Notes: generated by a model not told the origin, from the letters alone. A stretch of 64,000 nucleotides of DNA from Dehalococcoidia bacterium (GCA_963665775.2 CAXXTF010000002.1:352001-416000), one strand, 5' to 3'; shown: positions 53,744 to 64,000, counted from the first letter of the stretch. A program made the numbers and translations.

Positions 53744-54802
53744 TCAGCTCTTCTTGCCGGCCGCCTGCCGCTTCTCCTTTAGCGCCGGTGCCAGGGGCCG
53801 TCCCAGGGAGTCGCTGAGCGCGCGGACGCGATCCATCAGCTTCTGGAAATTGGCTGGCGTCAACGATTGGGCGCCGTCTGAGAGGGCGTGGTCGGGGTTG
53901 GGGTGGACCTCGATCTGGATGCCGTCGGCGCCGGCCGCAATGGCGGCCAGGGCCACCGGTTCCACCAGGTACCACTTGCCGGTGGCGTGGCTGGGGTCGC
54001 CGATGACCGGCAGGTGGCTCAGACGCTTCACCAGCGGGATGGCGTTGATGTCGAAGGTGAAGCGGGTGGCCGTCTCGTAGGCGCGAATGCCTCGTTCGCA
54101 AAGGATGACCTGGCGGTTGCCGTGAGAGAGGATGTACTCGGCGGCCAGGAGCCACTCCTCGATGGTGGCCCACATGCCTCGCTTGAGCATGACGGGCTTC
54201 TGGCTCTTGCCGGCCTCGTCCAGGAGCGAGAAGTTCTGCATGTTCCGGCTGCCGATCTGAAGGATATCAGCGTGGCGGGCCACGAGGTCGACATCACGGG
54301 CGTCCATGACCTCCGTGATGATGGGAAGGCCGGTCTCGTCACGGGCGGCGCTGAGGATCTTGAGACCCTTTTCGCCGTGGCCGCGGAAGGCGTAGGGGCT
54401 GGTACGCGGCTTGAAGGCGCCGCCGCGCAGGATGTGTCCGCCGGCCGCCTTGACCGCGCGGGCGGCCGCCAGCACATTCTCTTCCGTGTCCACGGAGCAG
54501 GGGCCACCCATCACTACCAGGCGCCCGTTGCCTATCTCTACGGGTCCGACCTTGACGACGGTGTCGTGCGGGTTGACCTCGCGGCTGGCCAGCTTGTACG
54601 GCTTGCTGATCCGGACCACGGAGTCGACCCCGTCGAGGACGCCGAGCTCGTCGACCAGCTCCGGGTAGACCTGGCCGAGCACCGCAACGACGCTGCGCTC
54701 CACGCCGCGGATGAGGTGGTCATTGAAGCCCAGTTCCCGTACGTGCTTTTGTACGCTAATGACCTGCTCATCAGAGGCGTCGGTCTTCAAAATTACGATC
54801 AT
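53744..54802 (-). CDS. aroF: DAHP synthase, type I-beta, with N-terminal regulatory domain
   Basis: GPCSV, RGGAFKPRTSPY.F.G, QIGSRNMQNF, LCERGIR, DPSH. Confidence 0.93.
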   Translation of the reverse strand: MIVILKTDASDEQVISVQKHVRELGFNDHLIRGVERSVVAVLGQVYPELVDELGVLDGVDSVVRISKPYKLASREVNPHDTVVKVGPVEIGNGRLVVMGGPCSVDTEENVLAAARAVKAAGGHILRGGAFKPRTSPYAFRGHGEKGLKILSAARDETGLPIITEVMDARDVDLVARHADILQIGSRNMQNFSLLDEAGKSQKPVMLKRGMWATIEEWLLAAEYILSHGNRQVILCERGIRAYETATRFTFDINAIPLVKRLSHLPVIGDPSHATGKWYLVEPVALAAIAAGADGIQIEVHPNPDHALSDGAQSLTPANFQKLMDRVRALSDSLGRPLAPALKEKRQAAGKKS

Positions 54803-54863
54803 GTCGGTCTCTCCTTCCTAAGAGTTGCGAGCGGAGAATGGCGATGCGCTAGCTGGGCCGGTC

Positions 54864-55235
54864 CTAACTAGGTCGGTCTTTGAAGTCGGGCCGGAGTACA
54901 GTGGCGCCGCGAAGGTAAACGTGACGGATCTCCCGGGCGGACTTGTCGGTGTTGACGTGGAGGAGGGTGCGCAGACACTTGGGTAGGGAATCCGGTACGT
55001 TCATCTCGTGTCCACAGAGGAGGGCCACATCCGTCCAGCCCAGATCTCTAGCCCCCAGGGCAGGGAATTCGGCGTTCAGGTCTGCCGTGGTGGTGAAGAA
55101 GGCCGAAGCGACATCTTCGATGGCGAAGCCGTTAGCCTCCATCATGGCGCCCAGGAGCTCCTTGGTAGCCTCCAGGATCGCCTCTCGAGTGTTGGTCTCG
55201 ACGGTGGTGGCGCCCCGGACACCTCGGGTGACCAT
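54864..55235 (-). CDS. aroH: Chorismate mutase, AroH (Bacillus) type
   Basis: RGVRGATT, FTTT.DL...FPA..AR, HVYL.GA..LRPD. Confidence 0.92.
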   Translation of the reverse strand: MVTRGVRGATTVETNTREAILEATKELLGAMMEANGFAIEDVASAFFTTTADLNAEFPALGARDLGWTDVALLCGHEMNVPDSLPKCLRTLLHVNTDKSAREIRHVYLRGATVLRPDFKDRPS

Positions 55236-55345
55236 GCCGTACGCCCCGGCATCCTCCGGAGCCGGCCCGCTAGCGGGGTCCAAAGGTACCGGCCCGAGAG
55301 TCACCACGATACACACGGCCGACGGCACCCGACGTCTGTCGGGCC

Positions 55346-56182
55346 CTAGCGGCTATCTGTAGCGGCCCTCCGCCGACCGGTGAGCACCTCCACATACTCC
55401 CTGACCCTCGCTGCCTGCTGTGACGGATCGCTACGGTCGATCTCGTCGATGATTGCACTGCCCACGGCGGCGGCCTCCGCGATGCGGGCTACCGCTCGGA
55501 AGTGCTTGGCATTAGATATACCAAATCCTACCGCTAACGGCAAGGGGGTGTGGCGCCGTACGCGGGCGATAAATGGCGGCAATCCTTGGGGAAGTTCCTG
55601 ACGGGCGCCCGTGGTGCCGGTCAGGCTGATGCAGTAGATAAAGCCGGAAGCCAGTCCGGCCACCAGCTCTATACGCTCGTCGGTGCTGGTCGGGGCCAGC
55701 ATGTAGACGAGGCGCAGCCCCTGCGCCACACAGGCCTCGCGCAGGGGAGCCGACTCCTCCGGCGGCAGATCGACGACGATGATGCCGTCGGCACCGGCCG
55801 CGGCGGCGTCCCGCACGAAGGGCTCGATGCCGTAGGCCAGGATCGGGTTGTAGTAGCCCATCAGGATCACGGGCGCCTCCAGGCCTGTGGCCCGTAGCCG
55901 GGCGGCCATATCCAGGCAGAGCGCTGGAGTCACCCCCTGCCGCAGGGCCTGGAAGGAGGCGCGCTGGATCGTGGGGCCTTCGGCTAGGGGATCGGAGAAG
56001 GGGATGCCCAGCTCGATCATGGAGGCGCCGCCCTCGACGAGGGCGGACGCCAGCTGGAGAGTGGCTTCCAGGTCCGGGTAGCCCACCGTGAGGAAAGCGG
56101 CCAGGCCGGCACGCTCCTCGGCCTTCAGTCGGGCAAAGGTGGCCTCGATGCGTCCCGTCGGAAGAGAGCTGAGGCGGGTCAA
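55346..56182 (-). CDS. trpA: Tryptophan synthase alpha chain
   Basis: IELGIPFSDPLAEGPTIQ, MGYYNP, DLPPEE, AVGFGIS. Confidence 0.96.
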   Translation of the reverse strand: MTRLSSLPTGRIEATFARLKAEERAGLAAFLTVGYPDLEATLQLASALVEGGASMIELGIPFSDPLAEGPTIQRASFQALRQGVTPALCLDMAARLRATGLEAPVILMGYYNPILAYGIEPFVRDAAAAGADGIIVVDLPPEESAPLREACVAQGLRLVYMLAPTSTDERIELVAGLASGFIYCISLTGTTGARQELPQGLPPFIARVRRHTPLPLAVGFGISNAKHFRAVARIAEAAAVGSAIIDEIDRSDPSQQAARVREYVEVLTGRRRAATDSR

Positions 56183-56184
56183 CG

Positions 56185-56949
56185 CTAGCTCGCTTCGATG
56201 GCGACGCTGACGGCAAAACTGATGCTATTGAACAGGAAGTGAGCGGCCATAGGTGTCCAGATCGAGCCCGAGTAGACGTAGCCGAAGGCGAAGAGCATGC
56301 CGATGATCGTGAATGGGATGTAGAGAAGAGGCAGTAGATGGGCGAGGCCGAAAAGGAGGCCACTGGCAAAGATCGCTCCGGCTAGACCCCACCGATTTCT
56401 GAGGCCCCCAAACACGAACCCCCGAAAGAACGTCTCCTCTGCGATGGGCGCGGCGATGATGGCGAGGAGGCCGACAAGGGGGATAACCACCGGCGACTTA
56501 AAGGCTTCATCGGGGAACTGGCTCTGGTCGCCCAGGGCACCTGCTCCAACAGCGTCGACGATGACAAAATAGGCGACCACGGTGATCCAGGCAGAGACGA
56601 CCAGGAGCGGGGGCAGCCACCAACCGCCCCGGGTCGGACGCCGAAAGCCCAGCGCGCTCCAGGGGCATCGGTACTTGCCAACGGTGAACCGAACGGCTAC
56701 CAGCAGCAGCAAACCCTCCAGGGCCAGACTGGGCACCAGGACGGCCAGAGTTTCCGCGTCGGAGCCGGGTCGGTCGATGATGGCGATAGCGATGGCGACA
56801 GGGATCAGGACGATTATCGCGCCCAGGATGACGAGGCCGATGGCTTTAAGGACATCCGCAGTTTGCCAGGGAATGCGTACCTGCACCCCCGTCCGGGACA
56901 CGTCCGTCTTGGCAGGCTCGACAGGTTGGGAACTCTCTTCGAAGGCCAA
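56185..56949 (-). CDS. CPBP (CAAX/Abi) family intramembrane metalloprotease
   Basis: APIAEETFFRG, LFGLAH, H..FN. Confidence 0.9.
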   Translation of the reverse strand: MAFEESSQPVEPAKTDVSRTGVQVRIPWQTADVLKAIGLVILGAIIVLIPVAIAIAIIDRPGSDAETLAVLVPSLALEGLLLLVAVRFTVGKYRCPWSALGFRRPTRGGWWLPPLLVVSAWITVVAYFVIVDAVGAGALGDQSQFPDEAFKSPVVIPLVGLLAIIAAPIAEETFFRGFVFGGLRNRWGLAGAIFASGLLFGLAHLLPLLYIPFTIIGMLFAFGYVYSGSIWTPMAAHFLFNSISFAVSVAIEAS

Positions 56950-57005
56950 GGCGGCTCCATCGTAGCAGATGGCCGTTGCCGCCGCACGACCGTTATACTG
57001 AGCGC

Positions 57006-57605
57006 GTGAAGGAGGACATCGCCGGCTACTGGGACGAGCGCTATCGTGGCAGAGGCGAAGAGGAGCGGCCGCCGGCGGATTTCCTGGTGCGGCACGCCGA
57101 CCTGCTGCCCGGGTCGGGCAGGGCGCTGGACGTGGCGATGGGGACTGGGCGCAACGCCCTCTACCTCGCCTCCCGGGGATACGAGGTGACGGGGATAGAT
57201 ATCTCTCCCCTGGCTGTCGAGCGCTGCCAGGAGGAGGCCCAACGGCGGGGGCTGCGGATCGAGACGATCTGCGCGAACCTGGAATCCTATCCGCTCCTGG
57301 AGGAGACGTACGGTGTGGTGGTGAACCTCTACTATCTGCAGCGGGAGCTCTGCCTGCGGCTGGTGGAGGCCCTGCGACCGGGCGGGGTGCTGATGTTCGA
57401 GACGTTTACCATAGAGCAGCCGCGGTTCGGGTGGGGGCCTCGGGAGGAGGAGTTCCTGCTGCGGCCGGGGGAGCTGCGGGAGCTGTTCCCGGAGCTGGAG
57501 GTACTGACCTACAGGGAGAGCATCGAGGAGGAGGGCGAGCGGGGAATGAAGGCGGTCGCCGGCCTGGTGGGCAGGAAGCGGGTAGCCCCCGCCAAGCTTC
57601 CTTGA
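57006..57605 (+). CDS. Class I SAM-dependent methyltransferase (TehB-like)
   Basis: WDERY, ALDVAMGTGRN..YLA..GY.V.G.DIS, LRPGG. Confidence 0.85.
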   Translation: MKEDIAGYWDERYRGRGEEERPPADFLVRHADLLPGSGRALDVAMGTGRNALYLASRGYEVTGIDISPLAVERCQEEAQRRGLRIETICANLESYPLLEETYGVVVNLYYLQRELCLRLVEALRPGGVLMFETFTIEQPRFGWGPREEEFLLRPGELRELFPELEVLTYRESIEEEGERGMKAVAGLVGRKRVAPAKLP

Positions 57606-57666
57606 CCCCCTCGTGGGCCCATGCTAGACTGCGCTTGGCCCCGTCTGGCGGGGCTCTTTTTCGCAG

Positions 57667-57744
57667 GGTGGGCGTCGCCTAGTGGTCTAAGGCGCCAGGT
57701 TGTGGCCCTGGAGATCGAGGGTTCGAATCCCTCCGTCCACCCCA
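57667..57744 (+). tRNA. tRNA-His(GTG)
   Basis: G-1:C73 pair, anticodon arm CCAGG-TTGTGGC-CCTGG, CCA end. Confidence 0.93.
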
Positions 57745-58124
57745 TCTCTTCTTCCCCCTTTACGTGAGCTGGCCCATCCGCAGCGTGGCCAGCCCCAGCA
57801 GGAACAGGAAACCCGGGACGTCCGCAAACGTCATCGGGAATATCCCGGAGGCGATGGCGGGCCGCCTACTCCTGGTCGGCGTCGGGCCTAATGGCGATGG
57901 TACCCCTGGTCATCAACTCCTCGATGCGGGACGTGAGGTCGGAGACGGTGAGCTGGAGCCGGTTGCGCGTCGAGGACGTATAGCATAGTAGGCCTCCTCA
58001 GGCGGCCAGAACCGTACGCGGCAACCTGAGGTCATGGTACACCTCTCGATGGCAGGTAAATGTGAATAAGGCTCAACGGAGACGAGCCGTGGTGGGATGG
58101 AGAGAGTGCTATACTCCGTTCGCT

Positions 58125-58201
58125 GCCCCCGTAGCTCAATTGGACAGAGCGCCTGGCTTCGGACCAGGAGGTTGTGGGTTCGAGTCCTGCCGGGGGTGCC
58201 A
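58125..58201 (+). tRNA. tRNA-Arg(TCG)
   Basis: Anticodon arm CCTGG-CTTCGGA-CCAGG, GGTTCGAGT, CCA end. Confidence 0.93.
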
Positions 58202-58547
58202 GCGTCTGAATCCGATAATGGCCTATCTGGCTACGGTAATTGCTAAGGTAGCGCGCAGTTGCCAGCATATTGCCAACTGTTGTTTGCTACCAGGCCTTAG
58301 TCGCAGTCGCCCACATCTACTTTGGTTACTCCGTGCGAGCTCTCCATACTTGGAAGGACGGAGCGGGATCGCCTATTCCTAAAGTGTATAATTAGGGTAG
58401 CTGAGGAACGAGCTGGTCGTAGGCAAGAAATCATGGACAACTTGGCGGGACGGCTCGACAATGGGCTGCGACGGCGCTTTCTGCCGTCTCGGGCCCAAGC
58501 CAGGGAAATTTTGATCCCGCTACTGAACGACAGGTGAGGACGCACCG

Positions 58548-59981
58548 TTGACACAGACCCACGAAGCGGGCCGCGAGCACCAGTTGATAGTTTGCCCTGT
58601 GTGCGGCACGCCTAACCAATATGGCAAGATGTTCTGTCAGGACTGCCGGAGCCGATTGCAGGCCGGGCGTATGGTCGGCGAGGAAGAGGCGTCACGCCTG
58701 GAGGAGAACCGGGAGCGACGCGCTCGCTGGAGACCACCGGGACGCTGGGGTCGTCGCGTCCTCATTTGGCTATCGGTTGCCTCAGCAGCTGGTCTCCTGA
58801 GTCTCTTCCTTTTCTCACCGCCTGCTTCGCCCCTGCCGCCTGGCGCGTCGATGGCCAGCTCCGATTCTCGCCCTGGCGAATGGGCAATGTATGGCTATGA
58901 CCTGGGACACACGCGTTCGGTCCCGGGGCAGCAGCCTCACTCAGGTCGTTTGAAGTGGAGCATCAACCTGGACACACCCTTTGCCACGGCACCCGTCGTT
59001 GTTGGTGATTGGGTCTATATCGCCACCAGCGATGGTCGGCTGGTAGCCCTCGATGCGGCTAGCGGGAAAGTGCGTTGGGAGACGCCGCTGGGTGCACCGC
59101 CTAACGGCATGCCGGCGGTGGACGGAGAGAGACTCTACGTGGCCTTGCCTGATGAGCGTCTACTAGCCCTGGACATGGAGACGGGGGAGACCCGGTGGTC
59201 GCTATCGACTACTGGCGCTCTTATATCGTCACCGGTAGTGGTGAACGGGGCCGTCTATGTGTTGAGCGCTCAAGGGCGGGTCATCAGCGCGGATGCTCTG
59301 ACCGGAGAGAAGTTATGGGAAGCTGATGTGGCAAAAGGCTGGTCGGCCTCGGCAGTGACTTGGACCGGCGATAGGCTACTGGTGACGACAGCCAAAGAGA
59401 TTTCCTATTTTGACGTGCTTTCTGGCGAGAATTACTTCACCTACCATCTTCTGGCTGGAAGCGTGCTGGGCGCGCCAGCAGTGCTGGGTCGCGAGGCGTA
59501 TGTCGCCGTTAACATTGGCGGCATTCTGGCCCTTGACATCGATGCAACAGAATCCTTCGGGAGTCAGCCGATACGCCGCATTTGGGGGAGTCTATGGTTG
59601 AGAGGTCTGGCACCGCGACCACCGACGCCCAGCGGTCTGTCGTGGGTCTACTTCGTGGGCGAGCCCATGGTAGCACCGCCAGCCGTAACCGAACAGGCTC
59701 TCTACTTCGGCACTAGTAGCGGACAAGTGGTGGCCTTGGACCTAGAGTCTAGAGAGCCCAGATGGATATTCCAAGCTGCAGGAGCCGTCCTCGGTGCTCC
59801 CGCTGTCGGTGGCGAGACGCTTTACATGGGTGCAGGCGACCACCTCCACGCATTTAGCACTGACACGGGCGAGGTGCAGTGGAGTTTCCAGACGAGGAGG
59901 AGGATCAGTAGTGATGTCGTGATCACGGCCGACGCGATCTACGTCATCGACGAAGGGGCTAATCTGTACGCCATCGAATAG
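58548..59981 (+). CDS. Zinc-ribbon, TM and PQQ-like (BamB-type) beta-propeller protein
   Basis: CPVCG...FCQDC, TM helix, repeated ALD..TG...W. Confidence 0.85.
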   Translation: MTQTHEAGREHQLIVCPVCGTPNQYGKMFCQDCRSRLQAGRMVGEEEASRLEENRERRARWRPPGRWGRRVLIWLSVASAAGLLSLFLFSPPASPLPPGASMASSDSRPGEWAMYGYDLGHTRSVPGQQPHSGRLKWSINLDTPFATAPVVVGDWVYIATSDGRLVALDAASGKVRWETPLGAPPNGMPAVDGERLYVALPDERLLALDMETGETRWSLSTTGALISSPVVVNGAVYVLSAQGRVISADALTGEKLWEADVAKGWSASAVTWTGDRLLVTTAKEISYFDVLSGENYFTYHLLAGSVLGAPAVLGREAYVAVNIGGILALDIDATESFGSQPIRRIWGSLWLRGLAPRPPTPSGLSWVYFVGEPMVAPPAVTEQALYFGTSSGQVVALDLESREPRWIFQAAGAVLGAPAVGGETLYMGAGDHLHAFSTDTGEVQWSFQTRRRISSDVVITADAIYVIDEGANLYAIE

Positions 59982-60145
59982 ACACGATTCGCCAGCGAGC
60001 CAGGCGGAAGTCTGGCGGAAGGACTACAATGGGGAGCGCTCGTCGATGGCGGGGCACGCTTCGGCTGCTATCTAAGGGGTACTGCTGCCACCACTCCCGC
60101 CCGTAGGTCTTACCGGAAAGCGTAAATGTGTAGAAGGAGGTCATC

Positions 60146-61342
60146 ATGAAGCTGCTGGAAGGGATCAAGGTCTTGGACCTGTCCCGACTCATCCCGGGTC
60201 CCATGCTCACTATGCTCCTCGCCGATCTGGGCGCCGACGTGATCAAGGTCGAGGAGAAGTCAGTTGGCGACTACCTGCGGACTGGCAGCGAGCCCGACAA
60301 ATGGGGTGGGTCGACCCCCATGTTCCTCTGGATGAACCGCAACAAGCGGGACATCTCCGTGGACCTCAAGGCGCCTGAGGGCCGGCAGCTACTGCTGGAC
60401 ATGGCCAAGAGCTGTCAGGTAGTGGTGGAGGGCGCCCGACCCGGCGTCGAGGCCAAGCTGGGTCTGGGCTACGAGGACATGAGGGCCGCTAATCCAAGCA
60501 TCATCTACTGCTCGATTACCGGCTTCGGCCAGGACGGGCCTTTCGCTCAACTGGCTACCCACGGTGGCGCCTATGATGCCGTCGCCGGCTTGGCTGTCCC
60601 CTACCAGACGAAGGACGGCAACTACGTCCAGTTCCGGCCCTACCCTCATGGGCTAACCTACGGCTCCTGGGCTGGCGCCATGGCTGTTTGCGCCGCTCTA
60701 GTTAAGGCTTTGCGCACCGGTGAGGGCGCGAACCTGGATATCTCCTGCTCGGACGCGACAATAGCCGCCCTGGGGCAGGAGCTGTTGCCCGTCCTCAACG
60801 ATGGCGAAGAGGGTTGGCAGGACCCAAACGTCGATATAAGCGCTAAGTACTGCTACTACAAGACCAAGGATGACCGCTTCATGCTAATCCAGGCTATCGA
60901 GCAGCACTTCTGGGTGCACTTCTGTGAGGTCATCGACCGGCCCGACCTGGCGAGCCGCGGCGATTGGAGTGTGAGCCGCATGGATATGGGCTCTGGTGAC
61001 GAGGAGCTGAGGCAAGAGATGGTCAAGACCTTCGCCACAAAGACGCAGGCTGAGTGGACCAACATCTTCATCGAGAACAACATCGCCGGTGCTCCCTATT
61101 ACCCGCTTGACGAGTTGACCGAGTCTCCGCTGTTCAAGGCGCGCCAGATGTTCGTCGATCAGGACTGCCGAAAGTACGGGACGATCAAGACCGTCGCCAG
61201 CCCCATCAAGGTCAGCGACGATGGCTTCGAGATCCGCAAGCCTACCCCATACAAGGGCGAGCACACCGACGAGGTTCTGGCCGAGATCGGGTATAGTCAG
61301 CAACAGATCGCCGACCTGAGGGAGCGTGGAGTCGTTGTCTAG
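60146..61342 (+). CDS. CoA-transferase family III (CaiB/BaiF)
   Basis: L.GIKVLDLSR..PGP...LADLGADVIKVE, NRNKR, RPGV, P..GEHTDEVL. Confidence 0.92.
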   Translation: MKLLEGIKVLDLSRLIPGPMLTMLLADLGADVIKVEEKSVGDYLRTGSEPDKWGGSTPMFLWMNRNKRDISVDLKAPEGRQLLLDMAKSCQVVVEGARPGVEAKLGLGYEDMRAANPSIIYCSITGFGQDGPFAQLATHGGAYDAVAGLAVPYQTKDGNYVQFRPYPHGLTYGSWAGAMAVCAALVKALRTGEGANLDISCSDATIAALGQELLPVLNDGEEGWQDPNVDISAKYCYYKTKDDRFMLIQAIEQHFWVHFCEVIDRPDLASRGDWSVSRMDMGSGDEELRQEMVKTFATKTQAEWTNIFIENNIAGAPYYPLDELTESPLFKARQMFVDQDCRKYGTIKTVASPIKVSDDGFEIRKPTPYKGEHTDEVLAEIGYSQQQIADLRERGVVV

Positions 61343-61555
61343 AGCTGGGGTGTGTTCCCCACCAGAACTAGTTCGGCCACTGCACAAGCAGTTTCCCGCC
61401 GATGTAGTCATGTCTAGGCCTGTTCACGGCATCGATTCTAAGGATTCACAGGGATAAAATGACAGCATCTGGCACCCTATCGGGGGCGCCACTGATATAG
61501 CATCTACCGCGGGTGGCTCAGGCGCCAGCGGGATCTCTTAAGGAGGGAACATCTG

Positions 61556-61849
61556 ATGAAGTATATCGTCCAAGCTGAGGTCGACGCGGTGACAGGGCTC
61601 GATATGGAGGCGCAGCCGACCAGTATTCAGGAGTGGATCGGAAAATGGCAGGCCCTGAACCCTATCGGCATGTACTTCTCTCTCACCCGCCGTGCCGTCA
61701 CCATCATCGTGGATGTCCCTAACGAGGACGCTATGTTTGAGGCCTTGCATGCCACCTGGGTTCTGACCAAGGATTACCCGGAGGTCTGGCCGGTAGCCGG
61801 CGTAGATGAGTTCCCAGCCCTGATGCAGCGACTTGGGATTGGCGGCTAG
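61556..61849 (+). CDS. Small hypothetical protein
   Basis: 97-aa ORF with strong RBS AAGGAGG. Confidence 0.6.
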   Translation: MKYIVQAEVDAVTGLDMEAQPTSIQEWIGKWQALNPIGMYFSLTRRAVTIIVDVPNEDAMFEALHATWVLTKDYPEVWPVAGVDEFPALMQRLGIGG

Positions 61850-62010
61850 TCCCGCCCGACGCCAGGGAGCGTTGCCGCCCCGGTGCCGATCATCTTGGGT
61901 GCAGAGCCGGCGCCGGCGGCCTCAGACGTAGGCCAAGGACTAGACTCTTCCCCAAGGCGCTAGGCCTGATCGCGCGCCCGGCGCATCTTCTGGAAGACGG
62001 TACGGAAAGT

Positions 62011-62051
62011 GCGGCGGCGAGAGCCACTGGCTCTCGCCGCCGCGCGCTTTT
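62011..62051. terminator. Hairpin between convergent genes
   Basis: GCGGCGGCGAGAGCCA-C-TGGCTCTCGCCGCCGC followed closely by TTTT. Confidence 0.65.
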
Positions 62052-62082
62052 CGCTGAAACCAACGCTGCGGACGTAACCGCA

Positions 62083-62706
62083 TTAGTCGGCGAAGCTATC
62101 CTCTGCCGGTGTCACGGGCGGGACGGCGCTGGCCGCGACGCCATCGGCGATCGGGGCGTTCTCGGCCTCGCCACTCCCGGAGGTGGTACCGGAGCCGCCG
62201 TCCTGATCGAACGTGCCGATGGGGACGACCCTGCCGTCCTCGGTGACATCGCTGGGCTCTACAGTGGGTGTCTCCCCCGACGCCGATCCGGAAACATCAG
62301 GTTCGATCCCTGCTACTTTGAGCTCATCTAGCTCATCTAGCGCATCCTCACTGCACGCCGTTAAATTGTGGACCAGATTGCAATCGTCAGGGCCGATGTC
62401 CTCGTCGGAGCGGATGGGGGGCTGGCTGGTGGAGCCATCGTCTATCTCTTCTTCTTCGCGGGGCACGTCCGGATGCAGCTCGCCGTCGGCAATTTCGTTG
62501 CCCGGTCCGCCATCGTCTGAGGTCGGGACGTCAGTGTCGACACAGTCGGTAACACCGGGCGCGCAAACGGCGGACGAGTCCGGCGTGTCCGAACCTTCCG
62601 GGACCGAGGTCATGTCGCCGCTGTCATGCAGGGCGAAGGCCGTCACACCGCCGGCTGTCGCCAGGCTGATAACGAGGATCGTCAGGGGAATTAGCCATTT
62701 CTTCAT
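62083..62706 (-). CDS. Secreted acidic low-complexity hypothetical protein
   Basis: MKKWLI signal peptide; D/E/S/G-rich; two Cys pairs. Confidence 0.6.
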   Translation of the reverse strand: MKKWLIPLTILVISLATAGGVTAFALHDSGDMTSVPEGSDTPDSSAVCAPGVTDCVDTDVPTSDDGGPGNEIADGELHPDVPREEEEIDDGSTSQPPIRSDEDIGPDDCNLVHNLTACSEDALDELDELKVAGIEPDVSGSASGETPTVEPSDVTEDGRVVPIGTFDQDGGSGTTSGSGEAENAPIADGVAASAVPPVTPAEDSFAD

Positions 62707-63025
62707 CGTGCTTTCTCCATCACTATATGTGCCATCTCGGAACCGGTTCTATTGTCCTAGACGGAGGGCGGCGGCAATTGGTTCCCGCCTCCACGCGCAT
62801 GCCGCTGCGCCGGCCGGATCGTTCAGGGTAACGGGGTGGTGCTTTGTCTGGTCGAGTGTGGTATGTAAGGGAAGGCGGACGAGTGATGAATTGGGGAGAG
62901 GGTCAGAAGGCCGTGTCGCCATCACGGCTGGGCTTCCGCGAGGCGTATGCCGCGCCGGTGACGAGTCACCTCCGAATTTCATCGGCCAACCGTGCGACAA
63001 ACTACCCTGCGAGTAGCTCTACGGT

Positions 63026-63931
63026 GTGGGGAGGAACGTACCTGTGGACGTTAAGTCGGCGCCTCTTTGCTTGGATAGCCCCGTCCGGTTTCGAGACCGT
63101 TGGGAGGGGCGGCTCTACGCCTTCGAGGTGAACGAAGCTTGGACGGTCATCAACCTCGTCATCAAGAGGGGGCTTCTCCGAACCGCGATCGTCAAGCTCC
63201 CCTTCTCCGGGGCCTCTGACTGGTCCGAGGACCATGTTTCCGTTGACCTCACGAGCGAAGGGGCGTTCGGCCGGCAGCCGCCGCCGGTGGTGGTGCCAGG
63301 CCTTCTTCTCTCCAGAGATCTCGCCCTATCGGCAGGCGGGGCACATGTGGCTGGGGCCATCGTAGAGCGGGGGAGCCGGCGCATGAGGTGGCTGCTGATA
63401 CGACGGCGCGGCCTGGGGGCGTCCCGGGAGCGCGTGGTGGCCGTGGAGCAGCTAAGCTTCGAGGGCGAGAGTTTACGGCTGGGCGCCCAGATCGAGAGCC
63501 TTCCGATCTACCGTAGTGATGAAGGTCTACGCTCCCTGGTACGGGCGGCACTGGCTGGCCATCCCTATCTTACCGCCTCCGACAGGCGGGCCATTACGGT
63601 GGAAGTGTCGGACGGGATCGTCTGTCTAGCCGGCAACGTTCGGAACGCGCAGGCCCGGGCCTCGGCGGAGCAGGCCGCTGCTTCCGTGGACGGAACGACG
63701 AGCTTGCCGAGCCAGATCGTGGACGACATCCATCTGGAAGCGGCGTTGGCCCAGGCTCTGGACAAGGCGGGTCTGCTTCGCTCCGCGGAGGTTTATCCCC
63801 GCTCGCTGCTGGGCGAGGTTACGCTGTTCGGCCAGGCGTCCTCGGCCCCTGTCGCGGAGGACGTACATCGCGTTGCCCTACAGGTGCCGGGCGTGCGTTC
63901 GGTGACCGCGCGCCTCGATCTACGGAGGTAG
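63026..63931 (+). CDS. BON-domain protein with PRC-barrel-like N-terminus
   Basis: D..L...V..AL, I.V.V.DG.V.L.G.V, A..VPGV..V. Confidence 0.75.
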   Translation: MGRNVPVDVKSAPLCLDSPVRFRDRWEGRLYAFEVNEAWTVINLVIKRGLLRTAIVKLPFSGASDWSEDHVSVDLTSEGAFGRQPPPVVVPGLLLSRDLALSAGGAHVAGAIVERGSRRMRWLLIRRRGLGASRERVVAVEQLSFEGESLRLGAQIESLPIYRSDEGLRSLVRAALAGHPYLTASDRRAITVEVSDGIVCLAGNVRNAQARASAEQAAASVDGTTSLPSQIVDDIHLEAALAQALDKAGLLRSAEVYPRSLLGEVTLFGQASSAPVAEDVHRVALQVPGVRSVTARLDLRR

Positions 63932-64000
63932 CGTCGAGGGCCACCGGACTCCTCCGCCTTCGTGCTCCGCCGGGGGTGCGCTTACGGCAGACGGTCGGGG

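Overview
GC-rich bacterial chromosome, most likely Dehalococcoidia/Chloroflexota. This is inferred from the gene mix (T-box-controlled trp operon, PAC2, DUF5679-like, dockerin/PT-linker proteins), not proven. Left part (about 1-27.8 kb): a heavily rearranged accessory region. It holds a tyrosine integrase beside two duplicated tRNA-Lys 3' fragments, 13 copies of a ~31-bp TGT-initiated motif, two inverted IS6 copies that inverted a tRNA-Gly segment and split a secreted metalloprotease gene, a 142-bp IS6-type mini-element, an IS1380, many gene remnants, and intact cargo (spondin protein, pirin, VOC enzyme, aquaporin, katG, NAD-dependent formate dehydrogenase, KstD-like flavoprotein). It ends at a tRNA-Arg(CCG) 3' fragment. 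Right part (about 27.9-64 kb): mostly core genes, including recF, an AAA ATPase/VWA pair, a decaying oxidative pentose-phosphate operon (gnd deleted to 29 codons, opcA disrupted), trp/aro genes with a Trp T-box, and three tRNAs. The strongest novelty candidates are the nested ~31-bp motif array and the tandem tRNA-Lys att/integrase module it encloses. All family calls come from motif recognition by eye; no database search was run.
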